From the NCBI GenBank assembly GCA_003971905.1, contig RSEE01000050.1, positions 248,001 through 312,000 on the forward strand: 64,000 bases of DNA, read 5' to 3'. This stretch comes from Moniliella sp. 'wahieum' (lineage: Eukaryota). The position numbers and the translations under genes are program-made. This document shows positions 1 through 12,592 of this stretch, piece after piece. Below the pieces are notes generated by a model that worked only from the letters and a program-made list of their open reading frames with translations, searched no databases and was not told where the DNA came from. Each line of letters opens with the position of its first letter. Within the stretch, counting starts at the first letter, position 1.

Positions 1-559
1 CTGATGTGAAATGGGAGTGTGGGGAAGCTATAATAGCGCGATGTATATACTCTTTCCGTGCTTGTACTCCCACCCTGGTCGCGGGAGAGGAACAAGGCGG
101 GAACTTGTCCGCAGACACTTGGGGCTGCACCAGGTCCTCCCCTGGCGTACGCGCAGGGCGCGTACAGAAGGCAAACCGCATTACTTGGGTACTCGTGTAG
201 AAGACGCAAGAAGTTGAAAGTATACGCCGCGTCTCTGCACCACCCAGTCTGGGCAAATCAGAGCTGCCAGGGGCTTGGCCAGAACGGGCGTGCGCATCAC
301 GTGACGTGGCGCTGCCTGCAAGGCTGCCAATGCAGTATTCAATTAGGCAATTGAGGCGGGCCGGTGATCGGGTGGACGTGTGCGTGACCGCGTGATACTC
401 GCGTGCCGACGCAGTTGGGCTGGGGACGATGCTCAGGCGGCCAGGCTGTCACGCCCCTCAGACCACAGGAGGTCATAAGCTGAGGCCTTGAGCCCAGCTA
501 TCGATCTATCTGCCCACCACCACCATCCTGCATCACTGCGGGCCCACCCAGACGTTGCT

Positions 560-1872
560 ATGGCAGATCTGTACTCGGTGCCGCTCAGTGAGCGACCCAC
601 TCCGCCCATCCGGCTAGCAAAGACGCTGACCGTGCTGGTCTGGTTCCATCTCTCGTGCTTCATGATCAATGGCCTCCAGTTCCTCGTCTGGCCCTTGAGC
701 ATCGTCCTGCCGGGTGCGTACTCGCGTATCATTCGGTACACTAAGCACTCTTTTGGCTTGCTTCTTGTGTCTCTCAGTCAGCTTTTTGCCCCAACCCGCC
801 TTGTGCTCAGCTTCACCGACGCCAATGGCAATCCCGTCGATCCTTCCCCGTTTCTCCGCAAGCAGGGGGACAAGGTCACTGGCCTCAACCTTCCGCCTCG
901 AAGCGTGGCAATGTCGAACCACCAAATCTACCTTGATTGGCTCTACCTTTGGGTGTATCTTATTACGCCGGTCTGTCCTCCTACCTGTACATCATCCTCA
1001 AAGCGTCACTTAAATGGGTTCCCGTCCTTGGGTGGGGGATGCAGTTCTTCCGCTTCATCTTTCTCAAGCGCAATTGGCTCGCCGACCGCTCCCCTTTGGC
1101 AAAAAGCCTGGCCCACATGGCCGATCTCTACGCCCACAAGATAAAAAAGAGGATGAATCGCTGGGAAAACTTTTGCTCCTGATTTTTCCAGAAGGCACGC
1201 TGGTCTCACGCGACACACGCCCGGTCTCGGCCAAGTTTGCTGCCAAGCTCGGCTTGGAGGATCCAAAGAACCTCCTACTTCCGCGTAGCACAGGGCTTTT
1301 CTTTTGTCTGCGAACGTTGGCGGCGGAGGTGGAGGACCTGTGGTTGGTGGTACGTCTCCCTATCTCCTATGGCGACTAGGATTGATTAACCCGGTTAGGA
1401 TTACACAATTGGCTACCCCGGTGTTCCCCGAGCGGGATAGGACAAGATTACTACACTCTGCGCAGTGTCTTTGTCTTGGCTATCGCCCCGCCCGCGATCC
1501 ATATCAACTGTATTGTTACCCGCGTCACTCCCAGCAGTACCGGAGGGTACAACGTTTCGTCTGGTGGCGACCCGCCTCCATGGGCAAGCTTCCCCTACGG
1601 CCACCAAGAGCGGGGAGGATGAGTTTGAGGCGACACCGGAAGAGAAGGCCGAGTTCGATGCCTGGTTGCGTAAGCGGTGGGCGGTCAAGGATCGCATGAT
1701 GAGTCGCTTCTACGATCACGGCGACTTTGTGTGGGGGCGTAAAATGCAAATGCCTAACGCGACGGTGGAGGTGCCGGTCCAGCTTCTCCACAAAAGCGAG
1801 TTCCTGGATGTTTTCACCTGGTTCATTCCACTTCTTGTAGTGGCGGGATGTTTGGCCTACTTTGTCGCATGA
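560..1872 (+). CDS. Lysophospholipid/1-acylglycerol-3-phosphate acyltransferase (PlsC family, Cst26/LCLAT-like)
   Basis: Motifs NHQIYLDW (HX4D), ILKASLKWVPVLGWGMQFFRFIFLKRNW, IFPEGT and LLLPRSTGL lie across adjacent frames. Intron ~1350-1399 (GTACGT..TAG). C-terminal hydrophobic segment. Several indels. Confidence 0.9.
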
Positions 1873-2443
1873 TCGAGACCTTGCCTGGCTGTGCTTCACT
1901 GTTGTCTCCTAACGCCCTGCCACGATCATCATTTCCGTGATTCATTCAACTCGTCTGATGAATATAGCTGTAGGTCGACGACAACGACTCGCCTCTGCCA
2001 TCACACGAATAGACTCTCTTAAATGGAAAGGAGGGACAAGGCGAAGGGGGGGGAACTGGCGCGTGAATGACGTGCACTTTATTAAAAGCACATCAGCTGT
2101 GGTAGGGCCGAAGACAGGTTCTGAACGCGGCGTCAGGAAGATGGAACGGGCGGGGAAGGGGGCGCCCCTACCGGCGAGCGAAGGAGGGGGGTCGCGGTGG
2201 CTACCAGATGAATTGAATGTGCGTTGGCGCTGGGTCAAGTTAAGTACCTTTGGTCAGGCCTCAGGCTGAGGTGGATAATGGCAACCAGGATAACCCTAGG
2301 GCTGGGTGGCTGAGGCACCCAGGCACCCGCAGACCGGCTCCCGGGACCGGTGACATCATCGGTCGACCGGGCGACTGCTGCGCTCGTGCCTGCTGCCATG
2401 GCGGTCCTGCTGTGCCCCACCACCATCTCCACGTACGTGCGCC

Positions 2444-3612
2444 ATGGCAGAGGCAGACGAAGCACCCAAAGCATCCGTGACCGCATCAAGGCCTTTGAGG
2501 GCGGCCCTTCTCCAACACCTCCCGCCCCATCTGCGCCCAAGCCCTCCGTCACACCCAAGCCTTCCACCACACCTAAGCCTGCCACCACACCCAAACCTGT
2601 GACTACACCCAAGCCTGTGTCCACACCCAAGCCTGCGCCAACGGTTGCCTTGGCCCCTGCCACGCCTGCAACACCCAAGCCATCGGCAACCCCTTCGCCA
2701 AAGCCCCCTGAGGACGATCACCCCCTCCCGCCCCGCCAGGCCATCATTGGACCCGCCCCGACCCTCAACTGACTCGCTCGCCCCCCCATCTTCCCCAGCA
2801 TTGGTCTCTGGTCCCACCAGAGGCAAGACGCCCCCACCTCCCATGCCCGATCGGGCGTCCAAGCCGGTGCCTTCATCTCTTCCCTCACCTAAGCCATCGT
2901 CTTCGCCTTTGCTTGCACCTGTATCGGGAGCTGCTTCCACTGATCCATCGGGAGAGCCAGCGCCTCCGCCCCCTCCGCCTCGTCCGAGCGCGGCGTCGAG
3001 TGCGAGCGCCAGCTCGACACCCATACTTCCTCCGCGGCCGCTCCAGACGAGCCCCAGTGCACCATCAATTGGTCCCCCCGTTCCGCGCCGGCCGGCCGAG
3101 CCGGTACCTGCCCAGGCACCTCGGCTTCCTCCCCGGGACCATTCTCACCCTGTCATGCGCAGCAACACGACCCCCGCCCCACTCCGCCGCAGTACCGAGG
3201 CGAAACCGCAATTTACCTCGAATCTGTGACCTCGGGCTCGGCCTTGCTCGACTCGGTCGAGTGGGACTTTTCGATCTCTGTTCCGTCTGCTCCGAGATGG
3301 GTGCGGCCCGGAGAAGGGATCAGCGTTCCGCAGGAGGCGGATACGGAGGAGAAGGTGCGTTCCCTTGCCGGGGTACCCATCGACCCATCGGCCCGTGGGC
3401 GGTACAAAACGGTTTTCCTCTCCGTACGGGGCAGTGGGGCATCGGTGCCCAAGAGCGAGGCAGAAAAGGTGTTTGCTTACTCCAAGTTGGAGCCCCCCTT
3501 CCTTCAGGCGGTGCTGGCGTACGTATCTGCCAGCCAAGAGTTGGACGAAGACAGCTTTATCAAGGCCATGCACTTGATCGATACAGAGCGTTGGAGCGCA
3601 AGTTTTCGGTAG
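2444..3612 (+). CDS. Proline-rich protein with C-terminal EH-domain-like region
   Basis: N-terminal MAEADEAP/SIRDRIKAFE, then TPKP repeats and PPxP-R tracts. C-terminus ARGRYKTVF..SKLEPPFLQAVL..LDEDSFIKAMHLID resembles an EH fold. Frameshifted. Confidence 0.6.
2532..2680 (+). repeat. Coding 18-bp degenerate tandem repeat (xxTPKP)
   Basis: ACACCCAAGCCT-like units encode SVTPKP STTPKP ATTPKP VTTPKP VSTPKP. Confidence 0.85.
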
Positions 3613-4441
3613 TCGACCTTTAACTAAGCCACTGGAACGACATTCCTTGGCGTCCACACGATCCACTAAGAACGATCAACATTCCGGCTCGAGTCAGTCG
3701 GGTCTGGGCAAAGAGTGATCCCTTCGGTTCTGGCAGACCGAAGGGGAAGTATAGTCGGGCAAGACAAACGCTCGCATAGATCTGGATGCCAAAGCGGTTG
3801 TAGTACAGGAAGGCATCCGCTGGGAGATGGGGACCCTTGTCCATAAGAGGGGGGCCAATAGGTCCAATGAGAGCGGGCCTTACGCAGCGACACCCGTGTT
3901 CTAGCAGCCTGCACATGCATGCGCTCTGCCATTTCGAATATATGCAACTGCCAATGCACTGCCTCAGCAGACGAAACAGCAGGGCTTGCATCTTGACCTA
4001 TTTGATGCCGAGAGTGTCTCTTCGAGACAGAAACGTATATGTTTGGCGAAGAAAATCATTGGGCCGCAAGCGGACAAGACATGATGGTCTCACTCCTGGC
4101 ACCAAATCCGGGCCGTTTTCCAGGACCTGGACAACCTAATCGAGGCTGGAAAAACGTGTTAGAGATCGTAAACGAGTGGGCCTTGAAAAGAAGCCAGTCT
4201 CCTGGGAAGGGTGAACACATCAGAGGTCAGTGGTCTGGTCATGACGAACCAATAGTTGGATTGTCTGGCATTCAGGGCTTTACTCTCTGGATCCTTCAGC
4301 AGTCCGACGTCAATATCAGTTTTTCTCTATGCAGGCTGCAATAGTAGTGCAATTCATACGTGAAGCGGATGGAATCGATGGGCAGAGAACCCAAGATAGA
4401 GTACAGCAGGTGCGAGGCTCGTGGGGCTCGTGGGGCGCACG

Positions 4442-4742
4442 TTAAAGCTTGCCATGAGAGCACTTGCACGACGAGCCACAGTTGCACTCTTCGTCGCACC
4501 CACATGACCCAAGTTGGCCATCTGGGAAGGCTCGCTGGCTGGCGTCGAGGCCATGTCCACTGGCACAGCGGGGGATATCAATGGGTTGGCCTTCGGGGCA
4601 CAGCAGCTAGGGGTACTGGGCTCACTTGGCTTGGAGCAGCACTTGGCCGTCGGTTGAGGGGCGCAGCGACACTTTGGTACAGCGTCAGCACGTCAAGTAT
4701 CCTTGCTTTCCCATGAGGGAGCGGAGAGGGACATACGGGCAT
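4442..4742 (-). CDS. Metallothionein-like Cys-rich small protein
   Basis: ATG CCC, intron 4736-4672 (GTATGT..GCTGAC..AAG), then CRCAPQPTAKCCSKPSEPSTPSCCAPKANP. Restoring one base near 4583 continues IDIPRCASGHGLDASQRAFPDGQLGSCGCDEECNCGSSCKCSHGKL*. 13 Cys in ~78 aa. TATAA about 80 bp upstream. Confidence 0.75.
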
Positions 4743-4994
4743 GAGTAGGAACTGGGGACTGGTGGTGGGTGGTTGTCAGCCAGGTGGGTTGGGAGGGGGG
4801 ACCAGTGACGAGAAGAACGCTTATAAGCCGGCGGGCGCCGTGCTAACCGAGATTAGCTCGATTAGCAGAACCAGCAGTGCGTTGGTGGCTGGGTGGGCCG
4901 CCGCTTTAAGCGCGCTTTGACTGCCCTCGTGCTCCTCTTTCGGGAACCGGATCCTTGAATTCATCTGTTCAGAACTACGTACAGCTGTCAACGA

Positions 4995-5043
4995 GTCACA
5001 TGTCACATGTCACATGCACATGTCACGTGAGTGTCACATGCAC
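4995..5043. repeat. Heptamer array (ACATGT+C)n
   Basis: gtcacatgtcacatgtcacatgcacatgtcacgtgagtgtcacatgcac. Confidence 0.9.
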
Positions 5044-5059
5044 GGCCAATCTTTCAATC

Positions 5060-5707
5060 ACTTGCCTCTGGGTGCAGAGAGAGGTTCCACATGTCCTGAG
5101 AGGGAGTTGGTCAGGCCGTTCAAGCCTGAACCCTCTGAGGAAAGGACAAGCAACGCAAGACTCGTCCATTGGTCATGGGTAGCGGATCTCTCCAATTTCC
5201 GTCTCCTGCTGGCGTTTAAATTGATGCAGAGGGAGTGCGATCTATGATAGAATGTCCCTCTCTGTTGCTGAGCTCTCGCCATCCTCACCTCACAATAACC
5301 ACATCTCTTTCATTGACACAATTGATCAATAACGTGAGCCCACCAGAGTGAACAAAAGGGATGGAGCTTCAACTTGCGAAAGATGAGAAGGGGGTGCCCA
5401 TACACCTATGCGATGAAAAAGGGTTTCGCCTATATAGGGGCGTCAGGGCATGCAGGACCACATTTCAAGAAAAGAGCCCTATGGAGTGTGGGCCGAAGTG
5501 GAGATTGGAGGCTTTTAGTGCTTGCATCCATCGCAGGCGCAGCTCGAACCGCACGAGCAGGACTCGCTGCTGCTCGACCCCTGGGTGCAGGGGCAGGTGT
5601 GCTGGAAACGTTGGATCCGCACGGGCACTGTCCAGGATTCGGTCAGCAAAGCTCTGTCTCCCTAGAAGAGAAAAAATGCGAGGGAGAGTGGGGTTACTTA
5701 CAGACAT
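5060..5707 (-). CDS. Possible orphan protein
   Basis: TATATAAAAA at ~5855-5866 on the minus strand, a CT-rich leader and ATG at 5707 (MSVSNPTLPRIF...). Reading continues only across frameshifts. No recognised domain; end uncertain. Confidence 0.3.
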
Positions 5708-6570
5708 GTTTAGGGAGGAGATGATAGAGGATGAGTTGCGAAATGGCCTGGATGAATGATGAAAGGCTGGAGGGCTGGAATGAGAGAAGAGTACGAGTGA
5801 TTGAAGGGGGGTGGGAGGGTGGGTGTATTTCTGTGCGTGGGTCAGAGCCGTCGCCTTTTTATATATTTTCGCACAACCGGTGGCAGGGAATATATGCCTT
5901 GATGGTGAGAAGCTGTCAGGGCCGAAAACCCTTGTGGAGAGTGCATCGGCTTGCATAGCCTCCGTCAGGGTATCAGATCAGATACGCATATGGTTTGCCT
6001 TTTAAAACTCTCTGCATATAATTGTGCGGAGAAGAGGACGGACCAAAACAAGAAGGTACTTCGGAGAGACGCGGAGCTGTCGGTTTTTCTGGCATTATAC
6101 GGCGATGTTTTGGGTGAGGTGGGTGGTGTGTGTAGGAATGGGAGAGAATGCCGTTTGTGTGAACAAAAGCCGTGTGTGCATCCAATTATTGTTGCTCGAT
6201 GTTAGTTGATGAGACTACCACTGTGTGGGAGAGTATAGAACTGAAGAGCACACACGACAGCACAGACGTACACCACAGTACATTTTCAGTCGTCAGTAGG
6301 GTCTCCCAAACTATCGCCATGCGAGAATTGGCGCATTTTTGCACATCGCCGCTTCGACCTATTGACTCTTGCTAGCAGGGAAGGCGCGAAATGGTAAGCG
6401 CGAACTTTTGTCTTTCGTAAACGCCGGCTGGGCCCACCTGGTAGCGGCGAAGTGCATCTTCTTGTGTGTCCTTATAAAATTGCTGTTCAATTAAGTTCTG
6501 CTCTCAGATCCGCGGCAGCAATTTAAATGAGGGTCTGCTAGGGTTGGGTGGTCCAAGCTCTCGCTTGCGC

Positions 6571-6580
6571 TGACGTGGAG
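6571..6580 (+). promoter_or_regulatory. UPRE/CRE-like bZIP site TGACGTGGAG upstream of HRD3
   Basis: Matches the Hac1/XBP1-type TGACGTGG core, ~100 bp before the predicted HRD3 start. Confidence 0.5.
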
Positions 6581-6677
6581 ACGAGTGGCGGTGTGCACGC
6601 GAGCGGGACTACGCACGGCCGCTGCGAGGAGCGCCGCCGCCACCACCATTTGATCGTCTGTGCGGTGGTGCGCTGCG

Positions 6678-9600
6678 ATGGTTGTGGGCATGCGCCGTTC
6701 CCATCCCGGACGTGCTCAACACGATTACGCCGATTCCGTCGGCCATCGCTCCTTGTCTTTGTCCTCCTGGGTCTCCTTCTCCCCTTTGCGGCCTCTTCCG
6801 CCTCGACCCCGTCCCAGCCCCCACTCGATCCCGCACCCAAGCTTGAGCACTACACCCCAACGAAGCCTACGACCATGCTCTGGCATTACTACGAAGTGTA
6901 ACACTGGCCGAGGACGCTTCCACCTCACCAGCCCGCCCTTCCTCCTCCTCCAGCGATACAGTCCAGGATGGGTTGCACTCCAGCACAAGCGGTCAGTTAC
7001 GAGCTTCGCTGGGGTCCCGGGCACAGTCATGGGTGCATTCAACTCTCTACGACACTGGTCCTGTAGGCCGACTTTTCCACTGGGGGAAAAAGTGGTGGAG
7101 GTCCCCACCACCAGCCCGACTGGGGCGACGGAAGCGCCGACCCGACCTGATGGAGCTCCGCGCTGCATCCCAGGATCACGAGAAGCTCACTTGGCCGGGC
7201 GCTCAGGCACTGCCTCTCTGGCCCGCATGGGAGGCATACCCCGACGATGCGTTTCTCGGACCGTTCTTGGGCGACGATCAGGTATCAGAGGAGAAAAGTT
7301 ATACAGACCGCGTTGCTGGGTATGTCGCACGCACAGTGTTGCGTCTGTTCCAGGCGGACAACGGGGCCGAAGTGGATGAAACGGTAGCCTGGAGTCCACT
7401 CCAGCGCAGGACACAGCGAGTGTCGACTGCTGAGGACCTGCTCCTGTGGGTTGCGGGGGACCCCTGAAAGGCCCCCAGCCGTCGTCAGAAGCCATTGTGG
7501 ATGACGTCCTCTCGCATTACAACGATAGGTTAGGAAACGACACACTTCTTGGCCACTCCCCCCCTCTGCTTGTGAGCGACACGATTGATCGAAAGTCGGA
7601 CGCTTTATGGGTCTTGGGGGAACATTTCCTCTGGGGAAGCCATGGGGTGGAAGCCAACGCATCCAAAGCTCAAACATGTTTCACTCGCCTTGCCGACTTG
7701 ACCGGCAACAGCTCGGCCCATGCGCGCTTAGGCTTCCTCCATGCCAGCCATTGGACATCTTCTACCTCCCAGTTGGTCCGTGCTGATGGACTTTACCTCC
7801 CCTCCAACATTTCTCGGATGGAGTCGGACGAGATTCCTCATCCCCAAGCATTGGCCAACTTGCATTTCGCCACCGCCGCACAACAAGGCAACTCGGAGGC
7901 AAATTGCCCTTGCGTACCGCTACTTTTTTGGTATTGGCACCAGCCCTTCGTGTTCCCTCGCCATGCACTGGTACGAGCAAGCCGCAGACCAAGGTATGCC
8001 CCCTCCCTCTGTAGTTCTGAGTGGCTGACATACCCTGGAGCTTATGCGCGGTTTATCTCGGGTCCCCCGGGGGGCTCTCTCTACCTCCTAACAAGGTGCG
8101 TCTGTCCGACTTTGCCGGGCGTGTACGGAGCCGGTGCATCGGTAGCGAGTTCGGGGTTTGAGGCAGGCAAGCCCCTGATGCGAGCCATCTTGGGCAACCA
8201 TCCGGCCTTGGCCAGGAAGCCGGAAACACCGTGGCCTCGATTTGCTCGAGTTTTACGAGTACCATGCCAACCATGGAGAAGTCTCGTTCATCCAACTCCT
8301 AGCTCAGTGTACTACCATGGTAGTCTCTGGGGTGGGGATGAAGCCGGTATGATCCCAAGAGATTACAAACGTGCGCTTGAGTATTTCGTCAAGATCACCA
8401 CCCAAGTCTGGCCGAGGGATAGTGGCGCTGTGGCCAAGGTGATCTTACCAGGGATGCGACCCGATGAGAAAACGATCCAGAAGGTCGATCCTCAGGTAGC
8501 AGGCGTGAACCCGAGCTGGGAAAGCAAGCTGCGCTGGCAGCCGGCCGCGTGGGCGCCATGTACCTCCGCGGCGAGGGAGTGATGCAAGACTTTGCCCGTG
8601 CGTGGGTCTGGTTCCGCCGTGGGATCGAAGGGGGGGATGCCAGTTCGGTGGTGGTGCTGACCGGGATTATGTTGCGGGATGGGCTTGGTATGGAGAGCAA
8701 GAACGTCTCCTTGGCCGCGCGGCATTTTACCAAATCCGCTGCGGTCCTTCCACCCGGACGCTCCCGCTCAACTGGGCAAGATCTTGTATGATATGGGTGA
8801 GTTTGCCGACGCGAGGGAAAAGTTCGCGACTGCGATTCTGCATGGCAACAACTTTGAAGCACGCTATTTTATGGGCAAGTTGGATGCTGCCGCGGCCCGG
8901 GCAGGCGGCGCGTATTGCCGCTCGGCTGTGCAAGACTTCAAGATGGTTGTTGAGAGGGGCGATTGGGAACACCCGACCTACGCTCTTGCTGAACGGGCAT
9001 GGCGGGGCGAACGATCGATCGGTTGCTTTGCTAGGATGGTCGATGGCGGGAGAATGGGGGTACGAGGCTGCTCAAAACAATCTCGCCTGGATTCTGGACC
9101 GAGACACGTCGCTCCTTCCTCGGCTGCTCGGGAAGAAGCAGGGGGACGAACGGGCAGATCGGTTGGCGTTGTTGCAGTGGTCTCGCTCCGCAGCCCAAGG
9201 CAACATTGACTCGCTGGTCAAGATGGGCGACTATTACTTCCGTGGTCTTGGTGCGCCAGTGGAGTACAACAAGGCGGCGGCTTGCTACCAAAGTGCCTTG
9301 GACCATTCTTCCTCCCTGGCCTATTGGGACATGGCATGGATGTACGAGATGGGCCTGGGGGTGCCGAGGAGGAACTTTTACCTGGCCAAGCGCTACTACG
9401 ATATGGCCTGGGAAACCAACCAACAAGAGCCCTATCTCCCTATCTTTCTTTCCCTTGTCCGCCTCCATTGGCGCGCCTTTTGGGCGGCTATGCTGGAGGG
9501 GGATACTTCAGCGTTGCATCTCTTGTCCCAGTACTCACTGGGACAGCCCAATGACCAGTTTGCTTACACGGAGCAGGAAGAACAAGCTCTCCTCACCCGC

Positions 9601-9822
9601 CCTCCACTTCCGATCCCATTTTTGAGCCGCCCCCCGAACCCGACCGCCTGCCTGAGAGAGGACGGGGAGCTGGATGAAGCGCCGCAAGGGACGGTCGAAA
9701 GCGTGGTGGTGATTCTCATCGTCGGCGCCTTGACCTACCTCTTCTTTGCACGACGGAACGTGCAGGCGCAGATTGCCCGGCTCGACCAAAATCTTGCCGA
9801 GGTGGGGGGGAGGAGCGGCTGA
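6678..9822 (+). CDS. HRD3: ERAD-associated SEL1-repeat protein (Hrd3/SEL1L)
   Basis: Signal-like LLVFVLLGLLLPFAASS. Sel1 repeats DALWVLGEHFLWG, GNSSAHARLGFLHA, GYEAAQNNLAWILD, QWSRSAAQGNIDSLVKMGDYYFRGLG, NFYLAKRYYDMA. C-terminal TM. Intron near 7993-8040. Many indels; start approximate. Confidence 0.92.
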
Positions 9823-11492
9823 TCCTCAGCCAGAGGGCCAGGACGGCGTGCAGGCAGCACGTGCCTTTGCAGAGGCGGCCGCCAACCTGTGATCCCAACG
9901 TGGACTTTTTTCAGCTGTGGCATACCACATGGGAGTGTGGTACTGGCTGTGCCTCCTAGCACATTTGTATTTTCGCCGGGATCGCCTAGCCTCCTGTGCG
10001 TCCCCGAACACCAAAGTAAGAGTGTGTGTCGTGTGGTTGGTGGGCAAAGCGGGGGGATAGGGAGACCGCTTTGTGGCTAAAGTCATACACTTGTTTATAC
10101 CAAGAAACTCTTGTATACGCGTGCCGTTACTAGCCACAATGACTGGTGACTAGTGACTCTGGAAGCAGCACAGCCGCTGCAACATACGCCGAGACAGATG
10201 ACACCTCTATTCGCAAGCTTTCTCTCTCTAGTACTTCGATCGACCATGAAAGAGACGCGCTGGTTGCGCCCCATCCCTTGACCGACGAATGGGGATCCCG
10301 CACCGCATTCGCCTCGCCCCTTCGGGGCACACTCAGCTGATGGCACAGCGAGATGGACAATGGAAGAGGCTGAGCGATCGAGTAGGTAGTCGGGGGGGGT
10401 GCTGGTGAGGGCAAACAGTGGGATGAATGGATGGTAGCAGCGGGCGTTGTGGTCTGGCGTGGCGGCCAGCGCGACCACAAAACACAGCATTTCACCTGCT
10501 GCCCACACCCATCGCCCCATCCCACGCGGGGAGCAGACGGTCGACGAGCTGCTGCCGGCTACCGCCTGCCCCGCACTGCGATCGGATGCCAGCCGCACCA
10601 CACGCTCCCCTTAAGAGCCGCGCGGGGATACGCAGCATCTACCCGCGTACTACTCCGCGTCACCGGTCACCGTCTCTTAACTGCGCCACCAGTCCCACCT
10701 GCACGCCGGTTGGGGTTGAGCATGCGGCGCGGGAGAACCGAAGCAGGCGCAGGCGCAGCCACTAGCCACTAGTCGTCTGACTAGCTGCACGCAGCCGCCG
10801 GGACAGTGACGTGCAAATATACCCTTGCGGGAGCCGCAGGTGGGTTGGAGGAGGGGTCCATCGGACAGAGGAGTCTGCGTACCCACCACCACACCAGCCC
10901 CCCCTCTCCCCGCACCAGCGCGCCCCTCCCATATGCCAAATTCAGTCCATCAGTACGTGACGTTGACGTGACGTTGACGTCGATGTCGGGTGGCGTTGAT
11001 TCAAGCGTTGAAGGTGTGTAGTTGCGGGTGGCACCACGACTATCTCGGCTCTGAGAGATCGCACGTCTCCTCCTGTGTCGGCGCGATTTGGGTTGTGTCC
11101 ACAAAACAACACGTACGTGCTGGAACGCATACATTTGTGGTATCAACAGGCAGCAATGCGGGGGCCCCCCGCACACCCCTTTGGCTTTCTCGCGCGTTTT
11201 CTTCTCCCAGTGCACGTTTGCCACATCTCACCCTCAAAGCCTACCCGCCGATGATGGTGCGAACCATCTATACAATGGGCGAATAAAGGTTTTCTAACCC
11301 AACCATTCGCATCACTGTATGGCTGGCGGCGTTTCTTGATCGCAAGACCCAGTAGGTATAGAAGAGGTTTCTGTCGTCCATACAGGCACATCAAGGCTAT
11401 AAAACGCCCCGTACATTTGGTGCACTCGCCTATTTCGTTATCCGCCCTCACACCCATCACATCTCCCCCCCAATCTTCGGGGATCTTTCCAA

Positions 11493-12592
11493 ATGAGCTC
11501 TAGCAACGTCGAAATCAAAAACACCTTGGGCGCCCAGCACTCGACCATTGACATGGGGACCGAATCTGGCCAAGGCGCGGCTGAGGTCTCGCGCACTAGC
11601 TTCCCAGCCTTACTGCGTGCCCGCACCGCCGGCGGCCACGCTGAAGATACCTCCAGCCGGCCTTCCCAGTATACCATCGGTAAGCATTCTTTGCTGCAAA
11701 GACCACTACCATCATCTGTCTCTGCGTGTCATGTTTATCCCGCCAAATCCAATAGGCCTGACCAGGATGTGTGTGCAGTCGCTTCGGTTCACCGTCGCCG
11801 TTGGGTCTGCTGGGCTTTGCCACTACCACTGGGTTCTTTCGCTGTTCAATGTTGGCACTCGGGGCGTTTCCCACCCCGAACTTGTCGTCGCACTTTGTGT
11901 GGCCACCGGGGGCATGGCCCAGTTTGTTGCGGGTGTGTGGGAATTTGCTGTGGGCAACACTTTTGGTGGTGCAGTCTTTGTACGTTGCTGTTTCGACGGT
12001 GGTCTGATGGGTGCACCACGACCCCTTTTCAGTCTTTTCTATGGTGACAAAAGGTTTGCTAACCGTATCATTTCTGCGATTGCTCCTCTTTTCGACGCAT
12101 CTTCTCCCACCACAGTGCATGTGTACGTTCACTCTCCCTTTTGCAGACACTCTCGAGAGAGAATAAGCAGCCCAGTCGCCACCCCCTTTGTCGTGTAGAT
12201 TCTGACTGTGCTTTTCCCCAGACGGCTCCTTTTGGTGGTCATATGCATGCATTTTCATTCCCTGGTTCGGGATTCAACAAGCCGTGCCTGCTGACGAGTT
12301 ACCCAATGCAATCGGGATCTACCTCAGCGCCTGGGTGATTGTCACCTTCATTTTCCTTGCAGCGTGCGTGCGCAGCTCAATCGCACTCTTTTCCACCGTC
12401 TTCTTCCTCTGGCTCACCTTCATCCTCCTCATGGCCAACGAATTTTCCGGAAGCTCCCATGTCCAAACGGCAGGAGGCGCAATTGGGATCGTCACTGCCC
12501 TGCTTGCTTTCTACACTGCCGCTTGTGGTCTGTGCGATGGAACCACGTCCATCTTCCGCCTTCCACCTGGTGACCTTACGCGCTCGGATTAA
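11493..12592 (+). CDS. ADY2: GPR1/FUN34/YaaH (AceTr) family acetate/ammonia transporter
   Basis: AFPVYHR|RFGSPSPLGLLGFATTT, GGMAQFVAGVWEFAVGNTFG, YGSFWWSY, AIGIYLSAWVIVTFIF. Introns 11680-11778, 11980-12115 and 12123-12221. TATAAAA at ~11398. Confidence 0.9.

Noticed and set aside
3620..4330. Minus-strand coding-like fragments with an intron-like CTAAC..CAG
   Set aside because: In-frame stops, no recognisable domain and no coherent gene model.
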